Of a stretch of DNA of 64,000 nucleotides, positions 11,612 through 19,818 are shown piece after piece (the stretch's first letter is position 1; the number at the start of each line of letters is the position of its first letter). Origin of the DNA: Thermodesulfobacteriota bacterium (GTDB lineage: Bacteria > Desulfobacterota_D > UBA1144 > Nemesobacterales > Mycalebacteriaceae); assembly GCA_965205855.1 (NCBI GenBank), contig OZ242184.1, forward strand, positions 288,001 through 352,000, written 5' to 3'. Under the pieces are notes generated by a model, which made no database searches, had not been told where the DNA came from, and was given only the letters and a program-made list of their open reading frames with translations. The position numbers and the translations under genes are program-made.

Positions 11612-12802
11612 ATGAAAGACCTGACCCCCGAGGAGCAAATTGAGATTATCAGGAGGGGAGCCGACAGTGTGGTTTCCGAATCCGAGTTACTTGAAAAATT
11701 GCGTGCTTCGCGGCCTTTGCGCGTAAAAGCCGGATTTGACCCGACCGCGCCGGACCTTCATCTTGGGCACTGTGTTCTTTTGAAAAAACTCAGGGATTTT
11801 CAGGACCTTGGCCATACGGTTGTTTTCCTCATAGGCGATTTCACAGCGCAGATAGGCGACCCCAGCGGCAGGACAGATGAAAGGCCCGTTCTTTCCCCCC
11901 AGCATATAAAAGAAAACGCGCAAACCTACGAAAGTCAGGTTTTTCCGATTCTCATAAAAGAGCAGACCGAGGTGCGTTTCAATTCCGAGTGGCACACGCC
12001 GATGAGTTCCGCCGATGTTCTGAGTCTTGCGGCGATGGCGAATGTGGCGAATTTGCTTGAGCGTGAGGATTTTAAGACCCGTTATAAGGCGGGGACGCCG
12101 ATTTCAATAAAGGAGTTTCTCTATCCGCTCATTCAGGCATATGATTCGTTCGTTTTGAAAGCCGATGTGGAGGTGGGCGGCACAGACCAGACTTTCAATC
12201 TGCTACTTGGCAGGGAGGTTCAGAAGCGGTTTGGGCAGCCCCGTCAGGCGACCGTCTTTCTTCCAATCCTTGAGGGCCTTGACGGCGTCAATAAGATGTC
12301 AAAATCTCTCGGCAACTACATAGCCGTGAGGGATACGGCGGAAGATATATTTGCAAAAGTGATGTCAATTTCGGATGATTTAATGTGGCGGTATTACGAG
12401 CTTTTGAGCGCGAAAACTCCCGAAAAAATCGCGGAACTGAAAAAAGCGCATCCGATGGACGCGAAGAAAACACTCGCTTTTGAGATTGCCGTGTGGCTTA
12501 CCGATGAGGAAAAGGCTAAGGAAGCCGGTGACGTTTTTGCCGGAAAGTTTTCAAAAAGAGAGTTTCCCGAAAACGCGCCGGAAAAAACGGTTTCGCGCGA
12601 AAAAGCTAAAACCGTTCTTGACCTTGTTGCTGAGGTTTCCGGTGCTCTCAAAAGCCGCGCCAAAGCGAAACGGCTTATTGCGCAGGGCGGGCTTGTTATT
12701 GACGGGGAGAAATTCTCCAAATACGGCGATCCGGTTCCCACCGGGGATGTTCTGGAAGTTAAGATTGGAAAGAAGGAGTTTTTGAGGGTGAAAGTTGTTT
12801 GA
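11612..12802 (+). CDS. tyrS: Tyrosyl-tRNA synthetase
   Basis: GFDPTAPDLHLGH, YPLIQAYD, GGTDQTFN, KMSKS, C-terminal S4-like domain. Confidence 0.97.
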   Translation: MKDLTPEEQIEIIRRGADSVVSESELLEKLRASRPLRVKAGFDPTAPDLHLGHCVLLKKLRDFQDLGHTVVFLIGDFTAQIGDPSGRTDERPVLSPQHIKENAQTYESQVFPILIKEQTEVRFNSEWHTPMSSADVLSLAAMANVANLLEREDFKTRYKAGTPISIKEFLYPLIQAYDSFVLKADVEVGGTDQTFNLLLGREVQKRFGQPRQATVFLPILEGLDGVNKMSKSLGNYIAVRDTAEDIFAKVMSISDDLMWRYYELLSAKTPEKIAELKKAHPMDAKKTLAFEIAVWLTDEEKAKEAGDVFAGKFSKREFPENAPEKTVSREKAKTVLDLVAEVSGALKSRAKAKRLIAQGGLVIDGEKFSKYGDPVPTGDVLEVKIGKKEFLRVKVV

Positions 12803-12846
12803 TGGCAATGAGTTATGGGATTTATAGCAATATATAAGCGGTTTGG

Positions 12847-12902
12847 CTTATAATACCTTATACAACCTTATATAATCTTATATTGACTTATATATTGTTA
12901 TA
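12847..12902 (+). repeat. Six 10-bp-phased (C/G)TTATA direct repeats, putative operator array
   Basis: CTTATA at 12847, 12857, 12867, 12877, 12887 and GTTATA at 12897; inverted copy TATAAG at 12833. Confidence 0.8.
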
Positions 12903-12921
12903 CTTTACTATTCAACTTGCG

Positions 12922-14115
12922 ATGGACAAAATAGAAAATCCTTTCTCTCCGGGGGCGGGTTTTCCTCCTCCCGAACTTGTCGGGCGTGAGGATATCCTTG
13001 AGCAAGCCCGTATTCTGTTTGCAAGAGTAAAACTTGGTCGTTCGGAAAAGAGCATGCTTCTCACCGGTCTGCGCGGTGTCGGCAAAACCGTTTTGCTAAA
13101 CCGGATGGAAGTATTATCTAAAAAAAAAGGATACCGTTCGATTTTTATTGAGGCATCGGAAGAGGAGCCGCTTGCCTCTTTGCTTGTTCCTCATTTACGC
13201 AAACTGCTTTTCGATTTGGACAGAATGGTGGGAGCGGACAACAAAGCGCGGCGCGCCCTCGCAGTTTTGAAGAGTTTTATCGGAGCCGTAAAAGTGTCTG
13301 TCGGGGATATTAACATAGGTCTGGACATAGATCCGGAAACAGGGACCGCAGACAGCGGAAACATGGAAACTGATTTGCCGGAGTTGTTCACTGTTATTGC
13401 CGAAGCCGCACATGCGAGACAAACTGCGGTCGCAATTCTTATTGACGAAGTTCAATACCTTAAAAACCCCGAATTTGGCGCGCTGATAATGGCTATGCAC
13501 AAAATGCAGCAACGCCAGTTGCCATTGGTTCTTGTAGGAGCCGGTTTGCCTGTTCTGCCGGGTCTTGCAGGCAACATAAAGTCTTATGCGGAGCGGTTAT
13601 TTGATTTTCCAAATATGGGTGCTTTATCCGAGGAAAATGCGAATACGGCTTTGCGCAAACCGGTTGAAGACAGAGGGGTTAGTTTTGAGCCTGAGGTTTT
13701 GAAAGAAATTTTCAAAAAAGCCTGTGGATACCCATATTTCATTCAAGAGTGGGGTTATCAAGTATGGAATCATGCACAAAAATCGCTCATAACCCTTGAA
13801 GTTGCGTATTCCGCTTCACTAACTGTTATTTGTCGTCTTGATAAAAACTTCTTTCGGGTTCGCTTTAACAGGTTGACCCCGAAAGAAAAGGAGTTTTTGC
13901 GCGCCATGGCTGAAATTGAAGGCGAAAACAAGCGTACAAATTCAGTCGTATCCGCTCTGGGGTTGGAGAGAAGCAGCGATATAAGCCCGACCCGTTCAAA
14001 CTTGATTAACAAAGGTATGATATACAGTCCGTCGCACGGAAATTTGGCTTTTACAGTGCCTCTGTTCGGTGATTTTATGCGGAGGGTTATGCCGGATTTA
14101 GACAGGGAAGGTTGA
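12922..14115 (+). CDS. AAA_16/STAND-like ATPase with probable C-terminal winged helix
   Basis: NPFSPGAG, Walker A GLRGVGKT, Walker B ILIDEVQ, GYPYFIQ, C-terminal SPTRSNLINKGMIYS...FTVPLF. Confidence 0.85.
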   Translation: MDKIENPFSPGAGFPPPELVGREDILEQARILFARVKLGRSEKSMLLTGLRGVGKTVLLNRMEVLSKKKGYRSIFIEASEEEPLASLLVPHLRKLLFDLDRMVGADNKARRALAVLKSFIGAVKVSVGDINIGLDIDPETGTADSGNMETDLPELFTVIAEAAHARQTAVAILIDEVQYLKNPEFGALIMAMHKMQQRQLPLVLVGAGLPVLPGLAGNIKSYAERLFDFPNMGALSEENANTALRKPVEDRGVSFEPEVLKEIFKKACGYPYFIQEWGYQVWNHAQKSLITLEVAYSASLTVICRLDKNFFRVRFNRLTPKEKEFLRAMAEIEGENKRTNSVVSALGLERSSDISPTRSNLINKGMIYSPSHGNLAFTVPLFGDFMRRVMPDLDREG

Positions 14116-14118
14116 AAA

Positions 14119-14346
14119 ATGAATGATTTAATACAACGCGGATTGAACGAGCATCTGATTAAGTTTGACAATAATGAAGAACCGACACGCATTACTTACA
14201 TAAATCACGATAAAACGCGCAGATACTCAAACCCTGAAGAGAAAATACAGGCGGAAACTTATATCAAGCTGGTTTTGGATTATAACTATCCGCCGGAACT
14301 TATTGACCTGTTTGTGTCTGTTACTCTTGGTTCCTCAAAAAAATGA
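14119..14346 (+). pseudogene. N-terminal fragment of an HsdR_N-type restriction(-modification) enzyme
   Basis: NPEEKIQAETYIKLVLDYNYP...VTLGSSKK resembles the HSDR_N start; ends in an A7 run before the expected ADIV catalytic motif. Confidence 0.65.
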
Positions 14347-14790
14347 CCGAAGAGATTTTGTCTGATGCAGGGCGTTTTCGACGTGCTGGTGTCGGTGTGC
14401 ATAAAGGCGGTAAAGTGATTCATGTCGCACCACCGGCAGACCGCGTTCAATCTTTAATGAAAGATTTACTACACTGGCTTAAACGCACTGATGAGCATCC
14501 GTTAATTCGCAGTTGTGTTTTCCATTATGAATTTGAATTTATTCACCCCTTTAGCGATGGCAATGGCAGAATAGGGCGGCTTTGGCAGACGTTGATTTTG
14601 GGGCAATGGCGTCCGCTGTTTTATTCTTTGCCGATTGAAAACACCATTAAAAATAATCAGCAAGCCTACTATAATGCGCTCGCCAGTGCGGATGATAAGG
14701 CTGACAGCAGCGTGTTTATTGAATTTATGTTGGCCATTATTTTGGCCAGCATCAATGCCAGCGACCCAGCTACCGACTCAGATAACGACC
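14343..14790 (+). pseudogene. Fic-domain protein fragment, truncated at both ends
   Basis: HYEFEFIHPFSDGNGRIGR Fic motif; N-terminus missing; SDPATDSDNDPA linker repeats run directly into antisense ttcA sequence. Confidence 0.8.
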
Positions 14791-14967
14791 CAGCTCAAAA
14801 TCAATCGGTGCATGGGTTTGAAAATGCCTAAGAATATCAAACAATGACAACGAATCTTTCCCCCCTGACACCGCCAGCAATACCTTGTCGCCATTTTTAA
14901 TCATTTTAAAATCAGCAATCGCCCTGCCAACTGGTTTGGTTAATAGTTTGGGTAATTTTTTTATCAC
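14787..14967 (-). pseudogene. ttcA: 5' fragment of tRNA 2-thiocytidine synthase TtcA
   Basis: VGRAIADFKMIKNGDKVLLAVSGGKDSLSL...APIDFELG; GTG start overlaps the intI stop; similarity ends after ~60 codons. Confidence 0.85.
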
Positions 14968-15944
14968 AACTTATCCAACGGCGAAACCACGCCTTGCCCG
15001 CCTTGACGCAAAACATGGGTGTAAATCATCGTCGTTTGTAAATCACTATGCCCAAGTAAGGCTTGAATCGTACGAATATCCGTACCCGTTTGTAACAAAT
15101 GCGTGGCAAAGGAATGGCGAAAGGTGTGTGCTGAGACTTTTTTATGAATATTGCATTGTTGAACTGCGCGCTTAATTGCCTTGTTAATCACCGATTGATC
15201 CACATGATGGCGCCGTTTGATTTGCGTGCGTGGATCAGTAGCAATATTGCGACTGGAAAACACATATTGCCAATTAAAGGCTTTATCCGCACTAGGATAT
15301 TTCTTCGCCAAGGCATAAGGCAAATACACACTGCCGAAGCCATCCTTAAGGTCTTTGTTATGAATAAGTTTTATTTTTTGTAAATGATTTTTTAAAGGTT
15401 TAGTTAAACTATTTGCAAGCGGCGTCACCCGGTCTTTGCTGCCCTTGCCGTCACGCACCGTGATTTGCCTAAATTCAAAATCAATATCTTGCACTCTAAG
15501 GCGCACCACCTCAGAAATCCTCAGCCCGCCAGCGTACAAAAGTTTCACCATCAACCCGACTGTACCGTCCATTAAAGTCAATACTTGCGCTACTTCTACC
15601 TTGCTTAACACCACAGGAATGCGTGGCTCTTTACGCGAACGCGCGGCATTTACCCCTTCTAATGGTTGCTTTAAAACCTTAGTGTACAAAAACACCAACG
15701 CATTCAGTGCCTGATTTTGTGTACTCGGCGCTACTTTTTGTTGAGTAGCCAAATGTGTTAAAAATCGTTCAACTTGCTCTTCAGCATTTTTAAGTAATGC
15801 AAACCTACTTTGAATGTTTGAAAATTTAACAAATCGCCTGACCCAGTCACAATAAGTATTCTCAGTCCCATAAGCATACCCCTGCCTGCGTAACAAAGTT
15901 CGCATTTCTTCTAACAAGGTCTTTTCTTTGGGTATAATAGCCAT
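14964..15944 (-). CDS. intI: Integron integrase
   Basis: Tyrosine recombinase residues GLRISE, GKGSKDR, HTFRHSFATHLL, LGHSDLQTTMIYTH, plus the IntI-specific insertion (VYLPYALAKKYP...WQYVF...DPRT..RRHH) and VAPSTQNQALNALVFLY; divergent from the cassette array. Confidence 0.98.
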   Translation of the reverse strand: MAIIPKEKTLLEEMRTLLRRQGYAYGTENTYCDWVRRFVKFSNIQSRFALLKNAEEQVERFLTHLATQQKVAPSTQNQALNALVFLYTKVLKQPLEGVNAARSRKEPRIPVVLSKVEVAQVLTLMDGTVGLMVKLLYAGGLRISEVVRLRVQDIDFEFRQITVRDGKGSKDRVTPLANSLTKPLKNHLQKIKLIHNKDLKDGFGSVYLPYALAKKYPSADKAFNWQYVFSSRNIATDPRTQIKRRHHVDQSVINKAIKRAVQQCNIHKKVSAHTFRHSFATHLLQTGTDIRTIQALLGHSDLQTTMIYTHVLRQGGQGVVSPLDKL

Positions 15945-16069
15945 AAATATTAAAAACGTCAAATCAATTATTGACAGGTTTTTATTATAATACCCAATAT
16001 TAGGTTATTGTAGATTTTTTTGATAAAAACTGGGTAAATATGCCTGATTTTGTTTTTAATATAGTGTAT

Positions 16070-16102
16070 TAAGGCAATAATGCCTTATACTAATAGTTAT
16101 TC
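16070..16102 (+). other. Putative attI site
   Basis: GCCTTATACTAATA-GTTATTC (crossover G/TT at 16096) just before the first cassette gene, preceded by inverted repeat TAAGGCA-ATAA-TGCCTTA. Confidence 0.55.
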
Positions 16103-16131
16103 GTTTTTAACCCTTATAAAATTATGAGATC

Positions 16132-16611
16132 ATGAGAAAAATACTTTCAGTAGCCTTTTTAGCGTTGCTTATGAGCGGTTGTATTCCACAAGTAGGAATT
16201 ATGAATTCAGTTAGTAAATATGATTCATCTGCAAATTTAGTTGACCTTGGGGATTCTAAAGAAGATGTTTTATCCGTACTTTTACCGACTCAAGTGGGGT
16301 TAAGTAAACGTTACAGTAAGGCTCCTGATAAGTTTTTAATGGATGAAAAGAGAGTCGAAATATATTTCTTCAGATCATCGTGGAATTCTGATGGGCTAAC
16401 TACAGATGATGAATTTACGCCATACATTTTTATTGATGACACATTAGTAGCTATTGGTTGGTCTGCCATAGGTGGGCCAAAAACTCAGGCACAAGCGGTA
16501 CCATCTACTTCAAACCCCTCAAGTCGCAGTTCTTCAAGGGAGTCTCAGCAAATTTTAAATCATGGTGCTGGAGGGTGTACTCCAAATTTTTCAACTGGAG
16601 GTTGCCTCTAG
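16132..16611 (+). CDS. Cassette 1: DUF3192-like lipoprotein
   Basis: Lipobox LMSGC, DGLTTDDEFTPYIF...AIGW motif, C-terminal GGCTPNFSTGGCL. Confidence 0.7.
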   Translation: MRKILSVAFLALLMSGCIPQVGIMNSVSKYDSSANLVDLGDSKEDVLSVLLPTQVGLSKRYSKAPDKFLMDEKRVEIYFFRSSWNSDGLTTDDEFTPYIFIDDTLVAIGWSAIGGPKTQAQAVPSTSNPSSRSSSRESQQILNHGAGGCTPNFSTGGCL

Positions 16612-16625
16612 ATCAAGCCCTAGAA

Positions 16626-17279
16626 GCCTAATCGGGTAAAGGCGAGTATCTAGCTCGCCCTCCCCACACCACCGGACATGCGGGTCCGCATCCGGCGGTT
16701 CGTCAGTCTATCTGTTCTGAGGCTGAGAACAAAACCGAACCGTCATGAGTCGACTTGTCGTTCGTCACGACCTTGGCCTCCCAAGAGATACGATTGTCTC
16801 ACTCCTCATCTGACGTTCAGGCCTTCCTGCAAGACCATCGTCCTGATGGGCTGCAGTACTATGCCGTCTGCTGACTTCTGCCCGATCACAGACGCCATTG
16901 CTGGCACCAGCGCTATGCATTCGCATCGCATGTCGGGCAGATCTCCCCAGATAAGAGCATGAACTGTCACTGCACAACCTTGTCATTTACCCTACCACCT
17001 GAACCAAGTGGACTTCGCTATCTTGTGCTAGCTCGTCCCAGTGGCTGGGCCTTCTATGACATTTCTGTTCGTAGGCTCGCAGTTTTGCGCTCGGGCTTCC
17101 TTCAGACCACCCCTCGCGGAGTTGCCTTTGCCGTCGGCTAGTAGTTATCATTGGTTCATGAAAACACAATGTTGGTTCTCCTACAGGGGACTTTCACCCC
17201 ATAAGTTCATGCCCATGCTGGGCGTACACAAGGCACTCCAGCGGACGGCTTACGCCGCCGCTGAGTTTGGCCGTTAGAG
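16626..17279 (+). other. attC1, interrupted by a group II intron
   Basis: Removing 16631-17227 rebuilds GCCTAAC-AAGGCACTCCAGCGGACGGCTTACGCCGCCGCTGAGTTTGGCC-GTTAGAG, nearly identical to attC7. Confidence 0.92.
16631..17227 (-). mobile_element. Group IIC-attC intron lacking the RT/maturase ORF (597 nt ribozyme)
   Basis: 5' GTACGCCCAGCATGGGC; EBS1 ACAAG (17022-17026); domain V GAACCGCCGGATGCGGACCCGCATGTCCGGTGGTGTG (16665-16701); domain VI with bulged A and ...ACCCGAT end; inserted at TTGT/T on the attC bottom strand. Confidence 0.93.
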
Positions 17280-17317
17280 CATGAGCATAATAACGAGCTG
17301 ACGGGAAAACAAACAGC

Positions 17318-18544
17318 ATGGCAAACGAGAACCTTTCAAACGCCAAAAGGGCAAAGAACGACGAGTTCTATACCCAGTACGGTGATATTCAGAAAGAGAT
17401 TGAAGCATACCTGGAATACAACCCCGATGTCTTTCGTGGCAAGGTGGTTTACTGCAATTGCGATGACCCATATGAAAGCAATTTCTTTCGCTATTTCGTG
17501 CTCAATTTCAACAAACTTGGATTGAAACAGCTTATCACCACCAGCTACAAGCCTTCGCCTGTTGCCAACACACAGCTGAATTTGTTTGGCAACGATAAAT
17601 CTCTCTCAAAAACAAAAGGCCGCCCAAAAGTAACAGCCAACAAGTTCATTATCAGTGAAGCGCACGACATAGATGGCGATGGCGAGTTCAATCTAAAGGA
17701 TGTTGCCATACAGTTGAAAGCAAACAAACAAAATGAATGGACACCCCTTGAAGGTGACGGCGACTTTCGCAGCGATGAATGCATTGACCTTCTGACGCAA
17801 TCAGATATTGTCGTGACCAATCCGCCCTTTAGCTTGTATCGACAATTTGTAGCACAGCTGGTTGCCTACAAAAAACAGTTTGTGATCATTGGAAGTAAAA
17901 ACACTATTACATACAAAGAGATATTTCCTCTGATAAAAGCAAACAAAATGTGGGTGGGTACAACCAGTTTTAACAAGGATATGCTGTTTATAGCTCCTTC
18001 AAATGCCGACCTTGGCAAGAAACCCAAAACTGCGATTCGCGTAGTGGATGATGTCACATATTTACGATCACCATCTGTTTGGTTTACCAACCTTGATCAT
18101 GGACGCCGTCATCAGCCATTGCCGCTCATGACGATGGAAGATAACAGAAGGTTTAACACCAAAATTCGGAAAAATGAGAACAGTTATAAGCAGTATGATA
18201 ACTATGAGGGAATAGAGATTCCCTACACTAATGCTATCCTGAGTGATTATGATGGAGTGATGGGAGTGCCCATCAGTTTTCTGGACAAATATTGTCCGGA
18301 ACAGTTTGAAATTTTAGGCGCAACTCAAAGAGGTTGCCACGATGAAGTCCCCGATACAAAAAAATACGACGATTACTGGGAAGTAAGACCGGATGGTACC
18401 AAAACAGGATCGCGCGGCGGGAAAACAAATGAGAATGCCAATTTGGTTGGTAATGATGGGAAGAAGAATTACTTCATTAATGCCAAAGGTAGAATAATTC
18501 AATCCGCCTATCAAAGACTTTTTATTAGGCATAGGAAAGGATAG
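17318..18544 (+). CDS. Cassette 2: EcoRI-family adenine-specific DNA methyltransferase
   Basis: [43 protein letters not shown]. Confidence 0.9.
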   Translation: MANENLSNAKRAKNDEFYTQYGDIQKEIEAYLEYNPDVFRGKVVYCNCDDPYESNFFRYFVLNFNKLGLKQLITTSYKPSPVANTQLNLFGNDKSLSKTKGRPKVTANKFIISEAHDIDGDGEFNLKDVAIQLKANKQNEWTPLEGDGDFRSDECIDLLTQSDIVVTNPPFSLYRQFVAQLVAYKKQFVIIGSKNTITYKEIFPLIKANKMWVGTTSFNKDMLFIAPSNADLGKKPKTAIRVVDDVTYLRSPSVWFTNLDHGRRHQPLPLMTMEDNRRFNTKIRKNENSYKQYDNYEGIEIPYTNAILSDYDGVMGVPISFLDKYCPEQFEILGATQRGCHDEVPDTKKYDDYWEVRPDGTKTGSRGGKTNENANLVGNDGKKNYFINAKGRIIQSAYQRLFIRHRKG

Positions 18545-18545
18545 C

Positions 18546-19715
18546 ATGAAAACAACTCTAGAAACCGACATCACTGTCAAAGAAATTTCCGATGGGTTCG
18601 TCTATAACGAACTCGAAGGGAAAGGACTTTTCGGCCTGTCAGGCAAACTCACGATTCAGCCGGATTATCAGCGTAATTACATCTACGCTTCTGATGGTGG
18701 AAAGAGAGAGATTGCGGTTATTGATTCGATACTCAAAGGCTACCCGATTGGCTTGATTTATTTTAACAAGGTCTCTGAATACAATCTGGAGGTGCTGGAC
18801 GGGCAGCAGCGAATCACCAGTGTGGGACGTTTTGTAACCGACAAATTTGCCATCAAAGACGGCAATGGCATGGAGCAGTACTTCAGCGGAATGGCAAAGG
18901 ACAAGAAGTCCAAGATACTGGGTACCAAGTTGCTCATTTATGAATGCGAAGGATCAGAAAGCGAAATCAAAGAATGGTTTAAGACAATTAATATCGCTGG
19001 AGTCCCACTCAATAATCAAGAGTTGCTAAATGCCGTTTATTCGGGCCCATTTGTGACGCTCGGTAAAGAGGAATTTAGCAATAGCCAGAACGCCAACATC
19101 CAAAAATGGAGCGCGTATATAAAAGGTAATGCTAATCGGCAGAATTTCTTAGAACGTGCGTTGGACTGGGTAAGCAAGGGCAATATCGGCGACTATATGA
19201 GCAGTCATCGCTTTGACAAAAACATCAATGAATTAAAAGTATATTTCAACAGCGTTATCGACTGGGTTTCTAGTGTGTTTACTGATGTTGAAAGTGAGAT
19301 GTGCGGGCTTGAGTGGGGGCGCATGTACGAAAAGTATCACACAAAAGCGTTTAGTCCCGCAAAAGTATCAGCCGAAGTACAGAAGCTTTACGGCGATCCA
19401 TATGTGAACAACCGAAAGGGCATTTTTGAGTATGTCCTTGGCGGATCAACAGACACAAAGTTACTGAATGTTCGAGTTTTCGATGAAGCAACAAAGAAGT
19501 CTGTTCATGCATCTCAAACTAAAAACTCCAAAGCGAAAGATGAATCAAACTGCCCCCTTTGCGCCATTGGACATGATGCCAACAAGAGCAAACTCTGGAA
19601 GTTTGTTGAAATGGATGCTGACCATGTAACCGCATGGAGCAAAGGTGGCGCTACAATTAAAGAGAACTGCGAAATGCTATGCAAAACTCATAATAGAGCA
19701 AAAGGCAATCGATAA
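18546..19715 (+). CDS. Cassette 2: DUF262 (GmrS-like) plus HNH endonuclease
   Basis: [33 protein letters not shown]; C-terminal CPLC...MDADHV...[14 protein letters not shown]. Confidence 0.9.
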   Translation: MKTTLETDITVKEISDGFVYNELEGKGLFGLSGKLTIQPDYQRNYIYASDGGKREIAVIDSILKGYPIGLIYFNKVSEYNLEVLDGQQRITSVGRFVTDKFAIKDGNGMEQYFSGMAKDKKSKILGTKLLIYECEGSESEIKEWFKTINIAGVPLNNQELLNAVYSGPFVTLGKEEFSNSQNANIQKWSAYIKGNANRQNFLERALDWVSKGNIGDYMSSHRFDKNINELKVYFNSVIDWVSSVFTDVESEMCGLEWGRMYEKYHTKAFSPAKVSAEVQKLYGDPYVNNRKGIFEYVLGGSTDTKLLNVRVFDEATKKSVHASQTKNSKAKDESNCPLCAIGHDANKSKLWKFVEMDADHVTAWSKGGATIKENCEMLCKTHNRAKGNR

Positions 19716-19723
19716 ATCCTCAC

Positions 19724-19794
19724 CCATAACAAGTTGCTGCACGCGGAAAATTACTCGCTTTGCTCCCAATTTTCCGGTGAGCAGGGCGTTAGCC
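19724..19794 (+). other. attC2
   Basis: CCATAAC...TGCTGCACGCGGAAAATT...AATTTTCCGGTGAGCA...GTTAGCC imperfect palindrome. Confidence 0.9.
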
Positions 19795-19818
19795 GTCAAA
19801 ACAAAATATCGAGGTTAC

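Noticed and set aside
15971-15991. TTGACA and TATAAT as the cassette promoter Pc
   Set aside because: The two hexamers are only 9 bp apart; a promoter is likely nearby but cannot be assigned confidently.
16678-17277. Five short track ORFs in the intron region
   Set aside because: No RT motifs such as YADD and no RBS; the region is explained by intron RNA structure.
19645-19818. Extended N-termini of track ORFs 19645, 28810, 24412 and 30766
   Set aside because: They read through attC sites or upstream genes; internal ATG starts fit cassette boundaries better.
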